Source: Escherichia coli (lineage in GTDB: Bacteria > Pseudomonadota > Gammaproteobacteria > Enterobacterales > Enterobacteriaceae). Taken from it: a stretch of DNA of 64,000 bases. The notes below the pieces were generated by a model, which searched no databases, was not told where the DNA came from, and saw only the letters and a program-made list of their open reading frames with translations. The stretch lies in NCBI RefSeq assembly GCF_044647545.1, contig NZ_CP172818.1. The stretch is one strand, 5' to 3'. Position 1 is the stretch's first letter; each line of letters begins with the position of its first letter. The translations under genes were made by a program, and so were the position numbers. Below are positions 42,641 to 54,280 of the stretch, in pieces.

Positions 42641-43121
42641 TTTCGCCACTCCTGCGGCCAAACAGCAGGGCGCGACGCCCTGCGTGTGGTACATCCGGAT
42701 TGGTGACTGGCAGCGAAAGGATCATTCGTGCGCAGTCATCCGTCAGGCGTTGGCCCTCTTCAATCGACATGCTGTGCGAAAGCGGCGACATCAGCGAACA
42801 GGAGAGATATTGAGAAACACCGTCCAGTTCGCCAACGGTAAAGGTCATAGTGCCATACGGCAGTTGCAGACCAATTTTTTCACTCACTTTGCGCAGCGGC
42901 CAGAGTTGATCCGGGCCGGGGAAGATAACCGCACTCAGCATCCACGGGGTGATCACACACCCCGTCCACTGACCTTCGAACAGCGTAAAGTCAGAAACAT
43001 ACACCGGCATTGAAGGATGCAGAAAAGAGAGATCGTGCATCGAACGCCGGGCAATTTCTTCAAACGCTGCCTGTACTTGCGCCTTCGGGGAGGTCTGGAA
43101 ACCTGCTATCTCTTCAGTCAT
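42633..43121 (-). CDS. hybE: Hydrogenase-2 operon chaperone HybE, 162 aa
   Basis: ORF track 42633..43196; start at the Met giving MTEEIAGFQTSPKAQVQ...; 8-nt overlaps with neighbouring genes. Confidence 0.9.
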   Translation of the reverse strand: MTEEIAGFQTSPKAQVQAAFEEIARRSMHDLSFLHPSMPVYVSDFTLFEGQWTGCVITPWMLSAVIFPGPDQLWPLRKVSEKIGLQLPYGTMTFTVGELDGVSQYLSCSLMSPLSHSMSIEEGQRLTDDCARMILSLPVTNPDVPHAGRRALLFGRRSGENA

Positions 43122-43608
43122 GAATCGCCTCCCGTGGGATGGCTTCCACGCCTGATTCGCGCAGCGCAGCCAGAACCTGCTCAAGCGCAGGTTCAATCAT
43201 CGCTTCAACCGTCGGCGTTAAGCCGATGTGTGGCTCCAGCGATTCCGGGATCACGCCGACCAGGGTCAGCTTTTTCGGAAACTCACCGGTGAAGCGCAGG
43301 GCCGACAATACGTCGGCCAGGCCAAGCTGATGCGGAGAGATTTTGTTGGTAAACAACGCCGGAACTTCTTCATCCCGCAGGATCATCATCGTTCCCGGCG
43401 CGCTCTTCTTCGACACAATAGCATCCGCAATGATCAGATGATCGCGATTTGCCATGTCGCCAAGCAGCTCCATTCCCGCCGTGCCGCCATCGAGGATCTC
43501 AACATAATCCGGCAGAATGTATCGTTGCTCTAACGCTTCGACAATCCGCACACCGATGGCTTCATCGGTCAGCAAAATATTGCCGACCCCTAAGACTAAA
43601 ATACGCAT
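43114..43608 (-). CDS. hybD: Hydrogenase 2 maturation endopeptidase HybD, 164 aa
   Basis: ORF track 164 aa beginning MRILVLGVGNILLTDEAIG. Confidence 0.93.
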   Translation of the reverse strand: MRILVLGVGNILLTDEAIGVRIVEALEQRYILPDYVEILDGGTAGMELLGDMANRDHLIIADAIVSKKSAPGTMMILRDEEVPALFTNKISPHQLGLADVLSALRFTGEFPKKLTLVGVIPESLEPHIGLTPTVEAMIEPALEQVLAALRESGVEAIPREAIHD

Positions 43609-45311
43609 TACAGAACCTTCACTGAAACCACTTCGTTGCCGTCAGCATCCACTACGTGTACCGCACAGGCCATGCACGGGTCGAAGGAGTGAATGGTACG
43701 CACCACTTCCAGCGGTTTATTCGGATCGGCAACCGGCGTACCCACCAGCGACTGCTCGTAAGGACCGACGTCATCATTGAAGTTACGCGGGCCAGAGTTC
43801 CAGGTTGATGGAACAACTGCCTGGTAGTTACTGATAATACCGTCTTTGATCACCATCCAGTGAGAGAGCATACCGCGCGGCGCTTCAAGGAAACCAACGC
43901 CTTTGAACTCACCTGTAGCCGGAATGTTCGGCTTCACAAAGGTGGTGTGATCGCCTTTGCCGATATTGGTGATCAGTGCACTGTATTGATTTTGCAGGAT
44001 ATCCTGCAATTCGCAGCAGTGAACGGTACGACCAATAATACGGCCCAGCGTGGAGTGCAGCTGCGCCACTTCCAGCGTGTTGCCAGTCAGTTTCTGATAA
44101 ATCGCAACGATTTCATTCAGTTTGTTCTGGGTAGACTCGCGTCCTGCCGCCAGTTTCACCAGCATGTTAGCCAGCGGACCCACTTCTACCGTTTTGCCGT
44201 AGAAAGTCGGTGATTTCACCCAGGAATATTTACCGTCGTCAGACCAACCATCATAAGCCGGAATGGTGGTACCTTCCCACGGTGCCTGCGGCGCTTCGTC
44301 TTTATACCAGGAGTGCTTCGCGCTTTCCTGAATCCCTTTGATCAGGTATTCATCGGAATGAGAAGTGATCGGACGATACGAGGACAGATCCGCATTCTCA
44401 ATGTAGCCGCCCGGGAACAGGAAGCTGCCGTTTTTGCTGTCGGTAGGGAATTCTGGCACGCTCAGGTAGTTCACCGCACCTTTACCGCGCGTCAGCCATT
44501 CCGGGTAGAACGCGGCGATAACCGCGGTATCAACCTTGTAAACCTGCTCAACAAAGTCGCTCAGCTTGTCGATGAAAGACTTGATGTACATCAGGCGCTC
44601 AAGGTTCAACACGCCCAAACCGTCGAGGTTGATCGGGTTCGCGACACCACCTACCGCCAGGTTCTGAATGTGCGGCGTTTTACCGCCCAGCAGCGCCACG
44701 ACGCGGTTAGCGTCACGCTGGCACTCCAGCGCCTGCAGGTAGTGCGCTACCGCAATCAGGTTCACTTCCGGCGGCAGTTTCATCGCCGGGTGACCCCAGT
44801 AGCCATTGGCGAAAATACCCAACTGACCGCTGGCAACCAGATCTTTGATCTTGTTCTGAACTTTGGTGAACTCTTCCGGGCTGTTCAGGTGCCAGGTCGA
44901 AACACCTTTCAGCATTTCGGAGGCTTTGGTTGGGTCAGCTTGCAGTGCAGAAGTGATGTCCACCCAGTCCAGCGCCGAGAGCTGATAGAAATGAACGATA
45001 TGGTCATGCGTGGTGTGCGCAGCCAGAATGATGTTACGGATGTATTGCGCGTTAACCGGAACGTCGATATTCAGCGCACTCTCTGCCGCACGAACGGAAG
45101 ACAGCGCGTGAGTGGTAGTACATACGCCACAGATACGTTGCACAATCATCCATGCATCGCGCGGATCGCGGTTTTTCACGATCTCTTCCATGCCGCGCCA
45201 CATGGTACCGGAAGCCCATGCTTTCGAAACGACACCATTTTCGATTTCGCAATCGATGCGTAAATGCCCCTCAATACGGGTTACCGGATCAATAGTAATT
45301 CTCTGGCTCAT
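43608..45311 (-). CDS. hybC: [NiFe] hydrogenase 2 large subunit, 567 aa
   Basis: ORF track 567 aa; N-terminal RICGVC and C-terminal DPCMACAVH nickel-binding motifs. Confidence 0.96.
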   Translation of the reverse strand: MSQRITIDPVTRIEGHLRIDCEIENGVVSKAWASGTMWRGMEEIVKNRDPRDAWMIVQRICGVCTTTHALSSVRAAESALNIDVPVNAQYIRNIILAAHTTHDHIVHFYQLSALDWVDITSALQADPTKASEMLKGVSTWHLNSPEEFTKVQNKIKDLVASGQLGIFANGYWGHPAMKLPPEVNLIAVAHYLQALECQRDANRVVALLGGKTPHIQNLAVGGVANPINLDGLGVLNLERLMYIKSFIDKLSDFVEQVYKVDTAVIAAFYPEWLTRGKGAVNYLSVPEFPTDSKNGSFLFPGGYIENADLSSYRPITSHSDEYLIKGIQESAKHSWYKDEAPQAPWEGTTIPAYDGWSDDGKYSWVKSPTFYGKTVEVGPLANMLVKLAAGRESTQNKLNEIVAIYQKLTGNTLEVAQLHSTLGRIIGRTVHCCELQDILQNQYSALITNIGKGDHTTFVKPNIPATGEFKGVGFLEAPRGMLSHWMVIKDGIISNYQAVVPSTWNSGPRNFNDDVGPYEQSLVGTPVADPNKPLEVVRTIHSFDPCMACAVHVVDADGNEVVSVKVL

Positions 45312-46486
45312 GCTTTGCTCGCCTCATGACGATTATGATCGTTTTGTTTTAAAGGAGGAAGTATCGGCAGTAGACGAATGAGTACGATGTAAGCGCAAAT
45401 CTCAATAGCCACAAAACCAATAGAAATCAACAGTTCTTCCCAGGTCGGGAAGTAGGCGTAACCGCCGCCCGGGTTGAATGCCACCAGCGAATAGGTCAGA
45501 CGCCAGGTTGCACAACCTAACAGTGCGCTCAGTGCTGACAGGAACAGCATGCGGGAATCATTACGCAGCTTCGCCACACGCAGAACGACCAGCGGGAAGA
45601 GCATCAGCAGGACTTCAATCCAGAACATCACGGAGTAGAAGTCACCGGCAAATGCTAACGACAGCTTGTCGCGATAGATAAGCTCGCCAAAGCGCAGCAC
45701 GATGAAAATCGCCAGCAACACACTGATGGTGTTGGTCAGCTTAACGAACAGACTCTTTTCATCCGGACCGTTGCCACGCAGACCCGCCTGCACCAGCGAA
45801 CCTTCAAAGATGACAATTGAGAAGCCCATGATGAACGCCGTCAGCAGCGAGAACAGCGGCAACATTTCATAGCTTTGCCACAGCGGATGCACCTTGTAGC
45901 CCGCCGAGATCATCAGCGACCCCATTGAAGACTGGTGCATGGTCGGCAGCAGCGCGCCAAGTGCAATGATGAAGAACATCACCTTGTTCAGACGCTGTAG
46001 CGACACCTTCCAGCCCAGACGTTCAAACAGTGCCGGAGCAAACTCCAGTGCCATCACGCCGATATAGATGGTCATACAGACCGCCGTCTCGAACAGTACC
46101 GAGTTCACGTTGAAGTGACCCGGAATGTAGAAGTACGGCAGGTTCCAGTAGCGACCCACGTCGATGGTGATCGACAAGCCACCCAAGGAGTAACCGAACA
46201 GACTTGCCAACAGCGCCGGACGCACCAGCGGATGGTATTGCCCACGGTTAAAGACGTATACTGCCCACGCCAGCGCCCAGCCGCCACAGGCAAAGCCGGT
46301 ACCGATCAACAGGTCAAACGCGATCCACACGCCCCACGGGAAGCCGCCGTTCAGGTCAGAGACAGAGCCAAGACCGAACACCAGACGCTTCACAATCAGG
46401 AGCATACAGATGACGATTAACGGTCCAAAAATCATGACCGGTTTACTGATGATTTTGCCGCCCAGCGGTTGTGGATCATGACTCAT
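45308..46486 (-). CDS. hybB: Hydrogenase 2 integral membrane subunit HybB, 392 aa
   Basis: ORF track 392 aa polytopic membrane protein. Confidence 0.95.
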
Positions 46487-47462
46487 GATCGTCTCCTCCG
46501 TCGTGATGGTCGTTTTTGGTGTTGCGACGAACCAGCACGGTTAAGCCCGCCAGCACAGCCAGTGGTAGCATCATGCCTTTATACAGGGTGTGTTGAATAT
46601 TTTCGGAACGCGCACCGGTAGAAAGATCGTCCAGTTTCGGCAGGTCGAGATTTTCATAAGGCACACCCGTCAGTACCAGAACCTGAGTACCGCCGCCCTC
46701 TTTCTCGCCGTACAGATGCGGATAATATTTCGGCACCGTATGCAGGTAAGTGTCGCCAGATTTCAGCGTCTGACGCGGATAGTGGTATTCGCTGCCAGGC
46801 TTCAGCGCCAGACGTTTTTTCGCCTCCGCCATCAGCTCTTCACGCGTACCGAAAATCACCGCGCCCGCCGGGCACACTTCTACGCAGCCAGGCAGACCGC
46901 CTTTATCGAGACGTTCCACACCTTTCTGGTTGCACAGCTCGCACTTATGCAGCGCACCAAACGGGTTGTTGTAGTCGTACTTCGGCACATTGTATGGGCA
47001 GGCGACCATGCAGTAACGGCAGCCGGTGCACACGTCTTTGTCGTAATGGACAATGCCGGTTTTCGGATCTTTTTTCAGTGCAGAAACCGGGCACACGGAG
47101 ACACAGTTCGGATCGACGCAGTGCATACACTGTTTCTTAATGTACGCGTAGCCGTTCTCCTCCTGGTCTTTGTTGACGCCCGTGCCGCTGGTCCACACCT
47201 GAATGATGTTATTGGTATACGGCGACAGTTTGTCGTTGTTCGACCAGGTCTGTTCCCCTTGCGGGTTACGTTCAGGGAAGTTGATATCCTGACACTTGGT
47301 GACGCACGCCTGGCAGCCTACGCACAAGGTCGAGTCGTACAACATCCCCAGCGATCCCGGAATTGGCGGGCGGTTTTCAGCAGCCGCATGACTGACAGAC
47401 GGCAGCGCGCCCGTCAGCAATGCCCCGCAGGAGGCTGCTTTAATAAAATTACGTCTGTTCAC
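46476..47462 (-). CDS. hybA: Hydrogenase 2 ferredoxin-type 4Fe-4S subunit HybA, 328 aa
   Basis: Tat-type N-terminus [16 protein letters not shown] and multiple Cys clusters. Confidence 0.95.
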
Positions 47463-47464
47463 GG

Positions 47465-48583
47465 TTATTCTCCCCGTGAGTCAGCGTTATCTTTCTTTTG
47501 CTGACGACCCAGTTCACGCACCGCCATCACGCTGACACCGGCAACCAGCCCAACCACACCGCCGAGCAAACCAATAGCGCCCGCAGAGACGTTGCCGCCT
47601 TCTTTAGCGTTAACATCCGGTTTCTGTGAACGCGGAGTCTGGTTTTCGACGTTGGCAAGCTGATGGATGCCTTTATGGAAGCCGATACCTTCTTCGTTAC
47701 AGCCATAGCACGGGTGACCAATCGCCACCGGCCACACACCGCCAACATCGCAGAATTGCAGCGTTGAGCAGTTGCCGTAAGTTTCTGGCCCTTTACAGCC
47801 GAGGTGGTACAGGCACCAGCCTTCGCGGTGGCCTTCATCACCGAACTCTTTGGCAAAACGACCAGCATCGAAGTGCGGGCGACGTTCGCAGTGTTCGTGA
47901 ATCAGACGGCCATAGGCGAAGGTCGGACGGTTTTTGTCATCCAGTTTCGGCGGCTTGCCGTAAGTGATGATGTGCGCAACGGTCGCGAGGAAGTTGTGCG
48001 GGTTCGGCGGGCAGCCAGGAATGTTGATTACAGTTTTGCCCGGCAGAACTTCTTGCAGGCTGACTGCGCCAGTTGGGTTAACTCCAGCTGCGGCAACACC
48101 GCCCCACGCAGAGCAGGAACCGATAGCGATAATGGCTGCTGCGCCTTCCGCCGCTTTGCGGATGTGATCCACAATCGGCTCACCGGCAACCATGCAATAA
48201 ATACCGTTATCTTTTAATGGGATGGAACCATCCACCACTAACACATACTGCCCTTTGTACTTCTCGAGAGCGTTATGTTTGTTCTCTTCGACCTGATGAC
48301 CGAAGGCGGCGGAAAGCACTTCGTGATACTCCAGAGAGATAGTCTCCAGCACGAGGTTTTCTACCGTTGGATGCGTTGCACGAAGCAGAGATTCCGTACA
48401 ACCGGTGCACTCCTGCGCGCCAATCCAGATAACTGGCGGACGCTGCGGGTTAGTAACCGATTCGGCCATCTCTGCAGCGGCTTTGCTACTTAACCCCATG
48501 GTGGCGGCTAATGCTGCACAAAGCTTCATGAAATCACGACGGTTAATGCCGTGAGAATGGATGAGGGTGTTATCTCCAGTCAT
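47465..48583 (-). CDS. hybO: [NiFe] hydrogenase 2 small subunit HybO, 372 aa
   Basis: Tat signal with RRDFMK motif; first gene of the hyb operon. Confidence 0.95.
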   Translation of the reverse strand: MTGDNTLIHSHGINRRDFMKLCAALAATMGLSSKAAAEMAESVTNPQRPPVIWIGAQECTGCTESLLRATHPTVENLVLETISLEYHEVLSAAFGHQVEENKHNALEKYKGQYVLVVDGSIPLKDNGIYCMVAGEPIVDHIRKAAEGAAAIIAIGSCSAWGGVAAAGVNPTGAVSLQEVLPGKTVINIPGCPPNPHNFLATVAHIITYGKPPKLDDKNRPTFAYGRLIHEHCERRPHFDAGRFAKEFGDEGHREGWCLYHLGCKGPETYGNCSTLQFCDVGGVWPVAIGHPCYGCNEEGIGFHKGIHQLANVENQTPRSQKPDVNAKEGGNVSAGAIGLLGGVVGLVAGVSVMAVRELGRQQKKDNADSRGE

Positions 48584-48771
48584 TTATAGTTATTCCGTTG
48601 CGAAGACCTGGCATATATTTTGCCTCAATCGCAAAATCAATAATGCGATCGATGCGCCATTTACCACACATTTATTATGGTTATCGATATCATGATACTG
48701 CGGCGGGGCACTAAAACGAAGGGAAGAAGCATTAGTGTAATTAATTAAAGCAAGATAATACGTATGTTTGA
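48584..48771 (-). promoter_or_regulatory. hyb operon promoter region (upstream of hybO)
   Basis: AT-rich intergenic region upstream of the first hyb gene; individual sites not resolved. Confidence 0.35.
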
Positions 48772-49059
48772 TCAATTTTCTAGGCGATAACCGGCCATAA
48801 AAAAGCGCAACGTAGAACAGGAATTATTCTCACGAAAGAAATCCATTACCATCTCTTTATCCAGTCCATAACGGCGCGTCAGAATACCCGCTTCCCAGGC
48901 GCTAAGCTGGCGATCTCCGGTCTTTTCGTACATCCGGTGTGAGTAGCCTAATACAAAACCGCGTTTATAATCGGCACAGAATTTTGTCACATTAACCGCA
49001 CTGTCGGCATGCGTTGCTTTTAATCCCGCCATTAAGCCTTTACCAAAATGGTTATTCAT
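48772..49059 (-). CDS. yghW: Uncharacterized protein YghW (DUF2623), 95 aa
   Basis: ORF track 95 aa in the expected position next to hybO. Confidence 0.85.
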
Positions 49060-49177
49060 CGTTCACCTCATTCGCTATATATTTTCATATATAGCGATAT
49101 TTTAGGCAAAGAACGACTTTTGCGCACGCTATTTTTTCATGCTTGTTTAAGACGTAATCCCGTAAGAGATAAACCTA

Positions 49178-50065
49178 TCAGGAGAGATATTTATCGAACC
49201 ATTTCAGCGTCCTTTGCCAGGCAAGATCGGCGGCAGATTTGTCATAACGGGGCGTGGAATCATTATGGAATCCGTGATTAACCCCCGGATAGATATACGC
49301 CTCATAGACCTTATTATTGGCTTTCAACGCCGCCTCGTAAGCAGGCCAGCCCTCGTTGATTCGGGTGTCCAGTTCCGCGTAGTGCAACAGTAAAGGCGCT
49401 TCAATCTTCGCCACATCGGCAGTGGGTGCCTGACGACCATAAAACGGCACCGCGCAGGCCAGTTCCGGGTAAGCGACCGCTGCCGCGTTCGATACGCCAC
49501 CGCCATAGCAAAATCCGGTAATACCCACTTTGCCTGTCGCTTGCGGATAGCGTTGCATAAACTCAATTGCGGCAAAGAAATCATTCATCAGTTTGGTTGG
49601 ATCAACCTGCTGTTGCAGCTCACGACCTTTATCGTCATTACCCAGATAACCTCCAACGGAACTTAAGCCGTCAGGTGCCAGGGCGATATACCCCGCCTTC
49701 GCCACTCGCCGTGCCACATCTTCGATATACGGATTCAGTCCACGATTCTCATGCACCACCACCACGGCTGGCGTTTTGCCGCTCATCTTTGCGGGCTTCA
49801 CCAGATAACCCCGTACCTCGCCGTGACCATTTGGCGAAGGATACGTGATGTACTCAGCAACAATCTCCGGGTCGGTAAACTCTACCTGAGTCGCCAGCGC
49901 ATAATTTGGCTTGAGCAAATCAAACAACGCTAATGCCGTCATCCCGCCCACCGCATACTTCGCCGCAAGGTTGAGGAACTCACGTTTCGAGATTTTCCCG
50001 TGAGCGTAATAGTCGTAGTAATCCAGCAACTCTTGTGGGAAATCTTTGGCGGTTAAACGCGGCAT
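49178..50065 (-). CDS. yghX: Dienelactone hydrolase-family protein with Tat-like N-terminus (yghX locus), apparently intact
   Basis: ORF track 49178..50104; start taken at the Met giving MPRLTAKDFPQELLDYY..., preceded by a GAGGAG ribosome-binding site. Confidence 0.8.
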   Translation of the reverse strand: MPRLTAKDFPQELLDYYDYYAHGKISKREFLNLAAKYAVGGMTALALFDLLKPNYALATQVEFTDPEIVAEYITYPSPNGHGEVRGYLVKPAKMSGKTPAVVVVHENRGLNPYIEDVARRVAKAGYIALAPDGLSSVGGYLGNDDKGRELQQQVDPTKLMNDFFAAIEFMQRYPQATGKVGITGFCYGGGVSNAAAVAYPELACAVPFYGRQAPTADVAKIEAPLLLHYAELDTRINEGWPAYEAALKANNKVYEAYIYPGVNHGFHNDSTPRYDKSAADLAWQRTLKWFDKYLS

Positions 50066-50221
50066 CGTTGCACTCCTCAACTGGTGTTTTTTTAAGCAAA
50101 GCATAAGCGCGTGTTTTTGCCCAGTTTTTCGTCACTCTGTGAGCCAGACTACGGGATACGCGCAGGCGAATCGCTAAACTAGAAACATTGTTTCGAAATT
50201 GAACGGTGGAAAGGAGAGGTC

Positions 50222-51244
50222 ATGGTCTGGTTAGCGAATCCCGAACGTTACGGGCAGATGCAGTACCGCTATTGCGGAAAAAGTGGTTTGCGCCTGCCCG
50301 CGTTATCGCTCGGTTTATGGCACAATTTCGGTCACGTTAACGCGCTGGAATCACAGCGTGCGATCCTGCGTAAAGCGTTTGATTTGGGCATTACGCACTT
50401 TGATTTAGCCAATAATTACGGGCCGCCTCCAGGAAGCGCAGAAGAGAACTTTGGTCGCCTGCTGCGCGAGGATTTTGCCGCTTATCGCGATGAACTGATT
50501 ATCTCTACCAAGGCTGGCTACGATATGTGGCCCGGCCCTTACGGCTCTGGCGGTTCACGTAAATACCTGCTCGCCAGCCTCGACCAAAGCCTGAAGCGTA
50601 TGGGGCTTGAGTATGTCGATATCTTTTACTCTCATCGCGTCGATGAAAATACGCCGATGGAAGAAACCGCCTCTGCGCTGGCTCATGCGGTACAAAGCGG
50701 TAAGGCGCTGTATGTCGGGATCTCCTCTTACTCGCCAGAGCGGACGCAAAAAATGGTCGAGTTACTGCGCGAGTGGAAAATTCCGCTGTTAATTCATCAA
50801 CCTTCGTACAATTTACTGAACCGCTGGGTGGATAAAAGCGGCCTGCTGAATACCCTGCAACATAACGGCGTGGGCTGCATTGCCTTTACTCCTCTGGCTC
50901 AGGGATTGCTGACCGGAAAATATCTCAACGGCATTCCGCAAGATTCACGGATGCATCGTGAAGGGAATAAAGTTCGTGGTCTGACGCCGAAAATGCTCAC
51001 CGAAGCCAACCTCAACAGCCTGCGCTTATTGAATGAAATGGCACAGCAGCGTGGACAATCAATGGCGCAAATGGCGTTAAGCTGGTTGCTGAAAGATGAG
51101 CGAGTGACGTCGGTATTGATTGGTGCCAGCCGCGCGGAGCAACTTGAGGAGAACGTGCAGGCGCTGAATAATCTGACATTTAGCACCGAGGAGCTGGCGC
51201 AGATTGATCAGCATATCGCCGATGGCGAGCTGAATCTGTGGTAG
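50222..51244 (+). CDS. gpr: L-glyceraldehyde 3-phosphate reductase (aldo-keto reductase), 340 aa as encoded here
   Basis: ORF track 340 aa MVWLANPERYGQMQYRYCGKSGL...; terminates at TAG 51242-51244 with in-frame ASSDK-TGA immediately downstream. Confidence 0.9.
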   Translation: MVWLANPERYGQMQYRYCGKSGLRLPALSLGLWHNFGHVNALESQRAILRKAFDLGITHFDLANNYGPPPGSAEENFGRLLREDFAAYRDELIISTKAGYDMWPGPYGSGGSRKYLLASLDQSLKRMGLEYVDIFYSHRVDENTPMEETASALAHAVQSGKALYVGISSYSPERTQKMVELLREWKIPLLIHQPSYNLLNRWVDKSGLLNTLQHNGVGCIAFTPLAQGLLTGKYLNGIPQDSRMHREGNKVRGLTPKMLTEANLNSLRLLNEMAQQRGQSMAQMALSWLLKDERVTSVLIGASRAEQLEENVQALNNLTFSTEELAQIDQHIADGELNLW

Positions 51245-51301
51245 GCGTCTTCCGATAAATGACCTGTTAATAACGGGCGCGAGAACCGCGCCCGAATCAG
51301 A

Positions 51302-51865
<564 letters not shown>

Positions 51866-51986
51866 TCAACATATACGTTAAACCTTTGTCGCATGATTCT
51901 GAGGTTTAGGGATTTTCCTGGTTCCCTTATCAACGCATCGAGAGCGTCTACCCTTAAAGGACGTTGAACCTGAAGGGAGAAAAACG

Positions 51987-52871
51987 ATGTCTCATTTAAA
52001 AGACCCGACCACGCAGTATTACACTGGTGAATATCCCAAACAGAAACAACCGACGCCAGGCATCCAGGCGAAGATGACACCGGTGCCAGATTGCGGCGAG
52101 AAAACCTATGTTGGTAGCGGTCGCCTGAAGGATCGTAAAGCACTGGTGACAGGGGGCGATTCCGGAATCGGTCGCGCTGCCGCCATCGCTTACGCGCGTG
52201 AAGGGGCTGACGTGGCGATCAGTTATCTTCCCGTGGAAGAAGAAGACGCTCAGGATGTGAAAAAGATCATTGAAGAATGCGGACGCAAAGCCGTTCTGCT
52301 GCCAGGCGATTTAAGCGATGAGAAATTTGCCCGTTCGCTGGTTCACGAAGCGCATAAGGCCTTAGGCGGGCTGGATATTATGGCGCTGGTCGCCGGGAAA
52401 CAGGTTGCCATTCCTGATATTGCTGACCTCACCAGCGAACAGTTTCAAAAGACCTTTGCCATTAACGTTTTCGCGCTGTTCTGGCTAACCCAGGAAGCGA
52501 TCCCCCTGCTACCGAAAGGTGCAAGTATTATCACCACTTCGTCAATCCAGGCATACCAGCCAAGCCCGCATTTACTGGACTATGCGGCTACGAAGGCGGC
52601 GATTCTGAACTACAGCCGAGGCCTGGCAAAACAGGTCGCGGAGAAAGGTATTCGGGTGAATATTGTTGCGCCTGGCCCGATCTGGACAGCACTGCAAATT
52701 TCCGGCGGGCAAACGCAGGATAAGATCCCGCAGTTTGGTCAGCAAACGCCGATGAAACGTGCGGGACAACCGGCGGAACTGGCCCCTGTATATGTTTATC
52801 TGGCAAGTCAGGAATCGAGCTACGTCACCGCAGAAGTGCACGGCGTGTGCGGCGGCGAGCATTTAGGTTAA
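51987..52871 (+). CDS. yghA: NADP-dependent short-chain dehydrogenase/reductase YghA, 294 aa
   Basis: ORF track 294 aa with [10 protein letters not shown] Rossmann motif. Confidence 0.93.
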
Positions 52872-52877
52872 AAAAAT

Positions 52878-52909
52878 GCCCGGTTGTGAAAAGCAACCGG
52901 GCTTTTATT
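52878..52909. terminator. Bidirectional rho-independent terminator between convergent yghA and exbD
   Basis: GCCCGGTTG-tgaaaag-CAACCGGGC stem-loop flanked by A-run and T-run. Confidence 0.65.
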
Positions 52910-53330
52910 TCGCTTTGGCAGTTTCTTCGCCAACCAGACCTATCTTCAGGTAACCCGCCTGATGCAGCGTATCCATTACCTTCATCAACGTCTCGTAATC
53001 GACGGTTTTGTCCGCTCGGAAGAAGATGGTGGTGTCTTTCTTGCCTTCGGTTAACGCATTCAACGCCGTAATCATTGTTTCATCGGTGACCGGATCGTTA
53101 CCGATAAACATCGAGTTGTCTGCCTTCACCGACAGATAAACCGGTTTTTCCGGGCGCGGCTGCGGCGTGCTGGTAGAAGCAGGCAAGTTCACCTTCACAT
53201 CTACCGTCGCTAACGGTGCCGCCACCATAAAGATAATCAGCAGAACCAACATCACGTCGATAAACGGCGTCACGTTGATATCATGCATTTCGCCGTTATC
53301 GTCGAGGTTTTCGTTAAGATGCATTGCCAT
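52905..53330 (-). CDS. exbD: TonB-system biopolymer transport protein ExbD, 141 aa
   Basis: ORF track 141 aa. Confidence 0.95.
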   Translation of the reverse strand: MAMHLNENLDDNGEMHDINVTPFIDVMLVLLIIFMVAAPLATVDVKVNLPASTSTPQPRPEKPVYLSVKADNSMFIGNDPVTDETMITALNALTEGKKDTTIFFRADKTVDYETLMKVMDTLHQAGYLKIGLVGEETAKAK

Positions 53331-53336
53331 CGGACA

Positions 53337-54071
53337 TTATCCTGCGCGTAATTTTTGTGCGACACGAACCGGATGCGCAGCGGCGCTGGCTTCCAGATCC
53401 AGGTCACGGCTTTGCAGCAACAATACCTGCGCTGCAACATCACCCAGCATCGCTTTAAAGCCGCCAATCTGGCGTGCAAATACGTTATAGATAACGACCG
53501 CCGGAATCGCTGCCACGAGGCCGATTGCCGTTGCTAACAGAGCTTCTGCGATACCCGGCGCAACGACTGCCAGGTTAGTGGTCTGCGTTTGCGCGATACC
53601 AATAAAGCTGTTCATGATGCCCCAGACCGTACCAAACAGACCAACGAACGGTGAAATCGCGCCGATGGTTGCCAGATAGCCGTTACCTCGGCCCATTTGA
53701 CGACCTACTGCGGCGACCCGACGCTCCAGACGGAAGCTGGTACGTTCTTTAATACCTTCGTTATCGTCGCTGCCTTCTGACAGTTCCAGCTCATTCTGCG
53801 CTTCATTGAGCAAATGCAGGCTTAAGCTTTTGCTACCAAAATCAGCGGCGATATCGTTGGCCTGGTTTAAGGAACGCGCTTCAGCCAGCAGTTGCTGCTC
53901 GCGCTTAAGGCGACGCTTCTGATTGAAGAACTCTACGCTCTTACTGAAGAAGATTGCCCAGGTGACTACGGAGGCCAAAATAAGCCCAATCATCACGCAC
54001 TTAACGACAATATCGGCGTGCTGATACATACCCCAGACGGAAAGGTCCGTCTGCATTAAATTATTACCCAC
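53337..54071 (-). CDS. exbB: TonB-system biopolymer transport protein ExbB, 244 aa
   Basis: ORF track 244 aa. Confidence 0.95.
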   Translation of the reverse strand: MGNNLMQTDLSVWGMYQHADIVVKCVMIGLILASVVTWAIFFSKSVEFFNQKRRLKREQQLLAEARSLNQANDIAADFGSKSLSLHLLNEAQNELELSEGSDDNEGIKERTSFRLERRVAAVGRQMGRGNGYLATIGAISPFVGLFGTVWGIMNSFIGIAQTQTTNLAVVAPGIAEALLATAIGLVAAIPAVVIYNVFARQIGGFKAMLGDVAAQVLLLQSRDLDLEASAAAHPVRVAQKLRAG

Positions 54072-54094
54072 TGTGTATCTCCAGGACGCAAGTC

Positions 54095-54150
54095 ACAAAA
54101 TCTGCGCATAATAATATCAAAACGACGTCGAATTGATAGTCGTTCTCATT
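54095..54150 (-). promoter_or_regulatory. exbBD promoter region with putative Fur-box-like sequence
   Basis: AT-rich sequence with GATAAT-like hexamers upstream of exbB; exbBD is known to be iron/Fur regulated; not scored against a matrix. Confidence 0.3.
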
Positions 54151-54280
54151 ACTATTTGCATACTGCCGTACCTTTGCTTTCTTTTCCTTGCGTTTACGCA
54201 GTAAAAAAGTCACCAGCACGCCATTTGCGAAAATTTTCTGCTTTATGCCAATTCTTCAGGATGCGCCCGCGAATATTCAT

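Noticed and set aside
44313-45263. 316-aa plus-strand ORF antisense to hybC; also 46590-47504 (304 aa) antisense to hybA and 62662-63879 (405 aa) antisense to ygiQ
   Set aside because: Antisense to conserved, well-identified genes; Arg-rich, no domain signal
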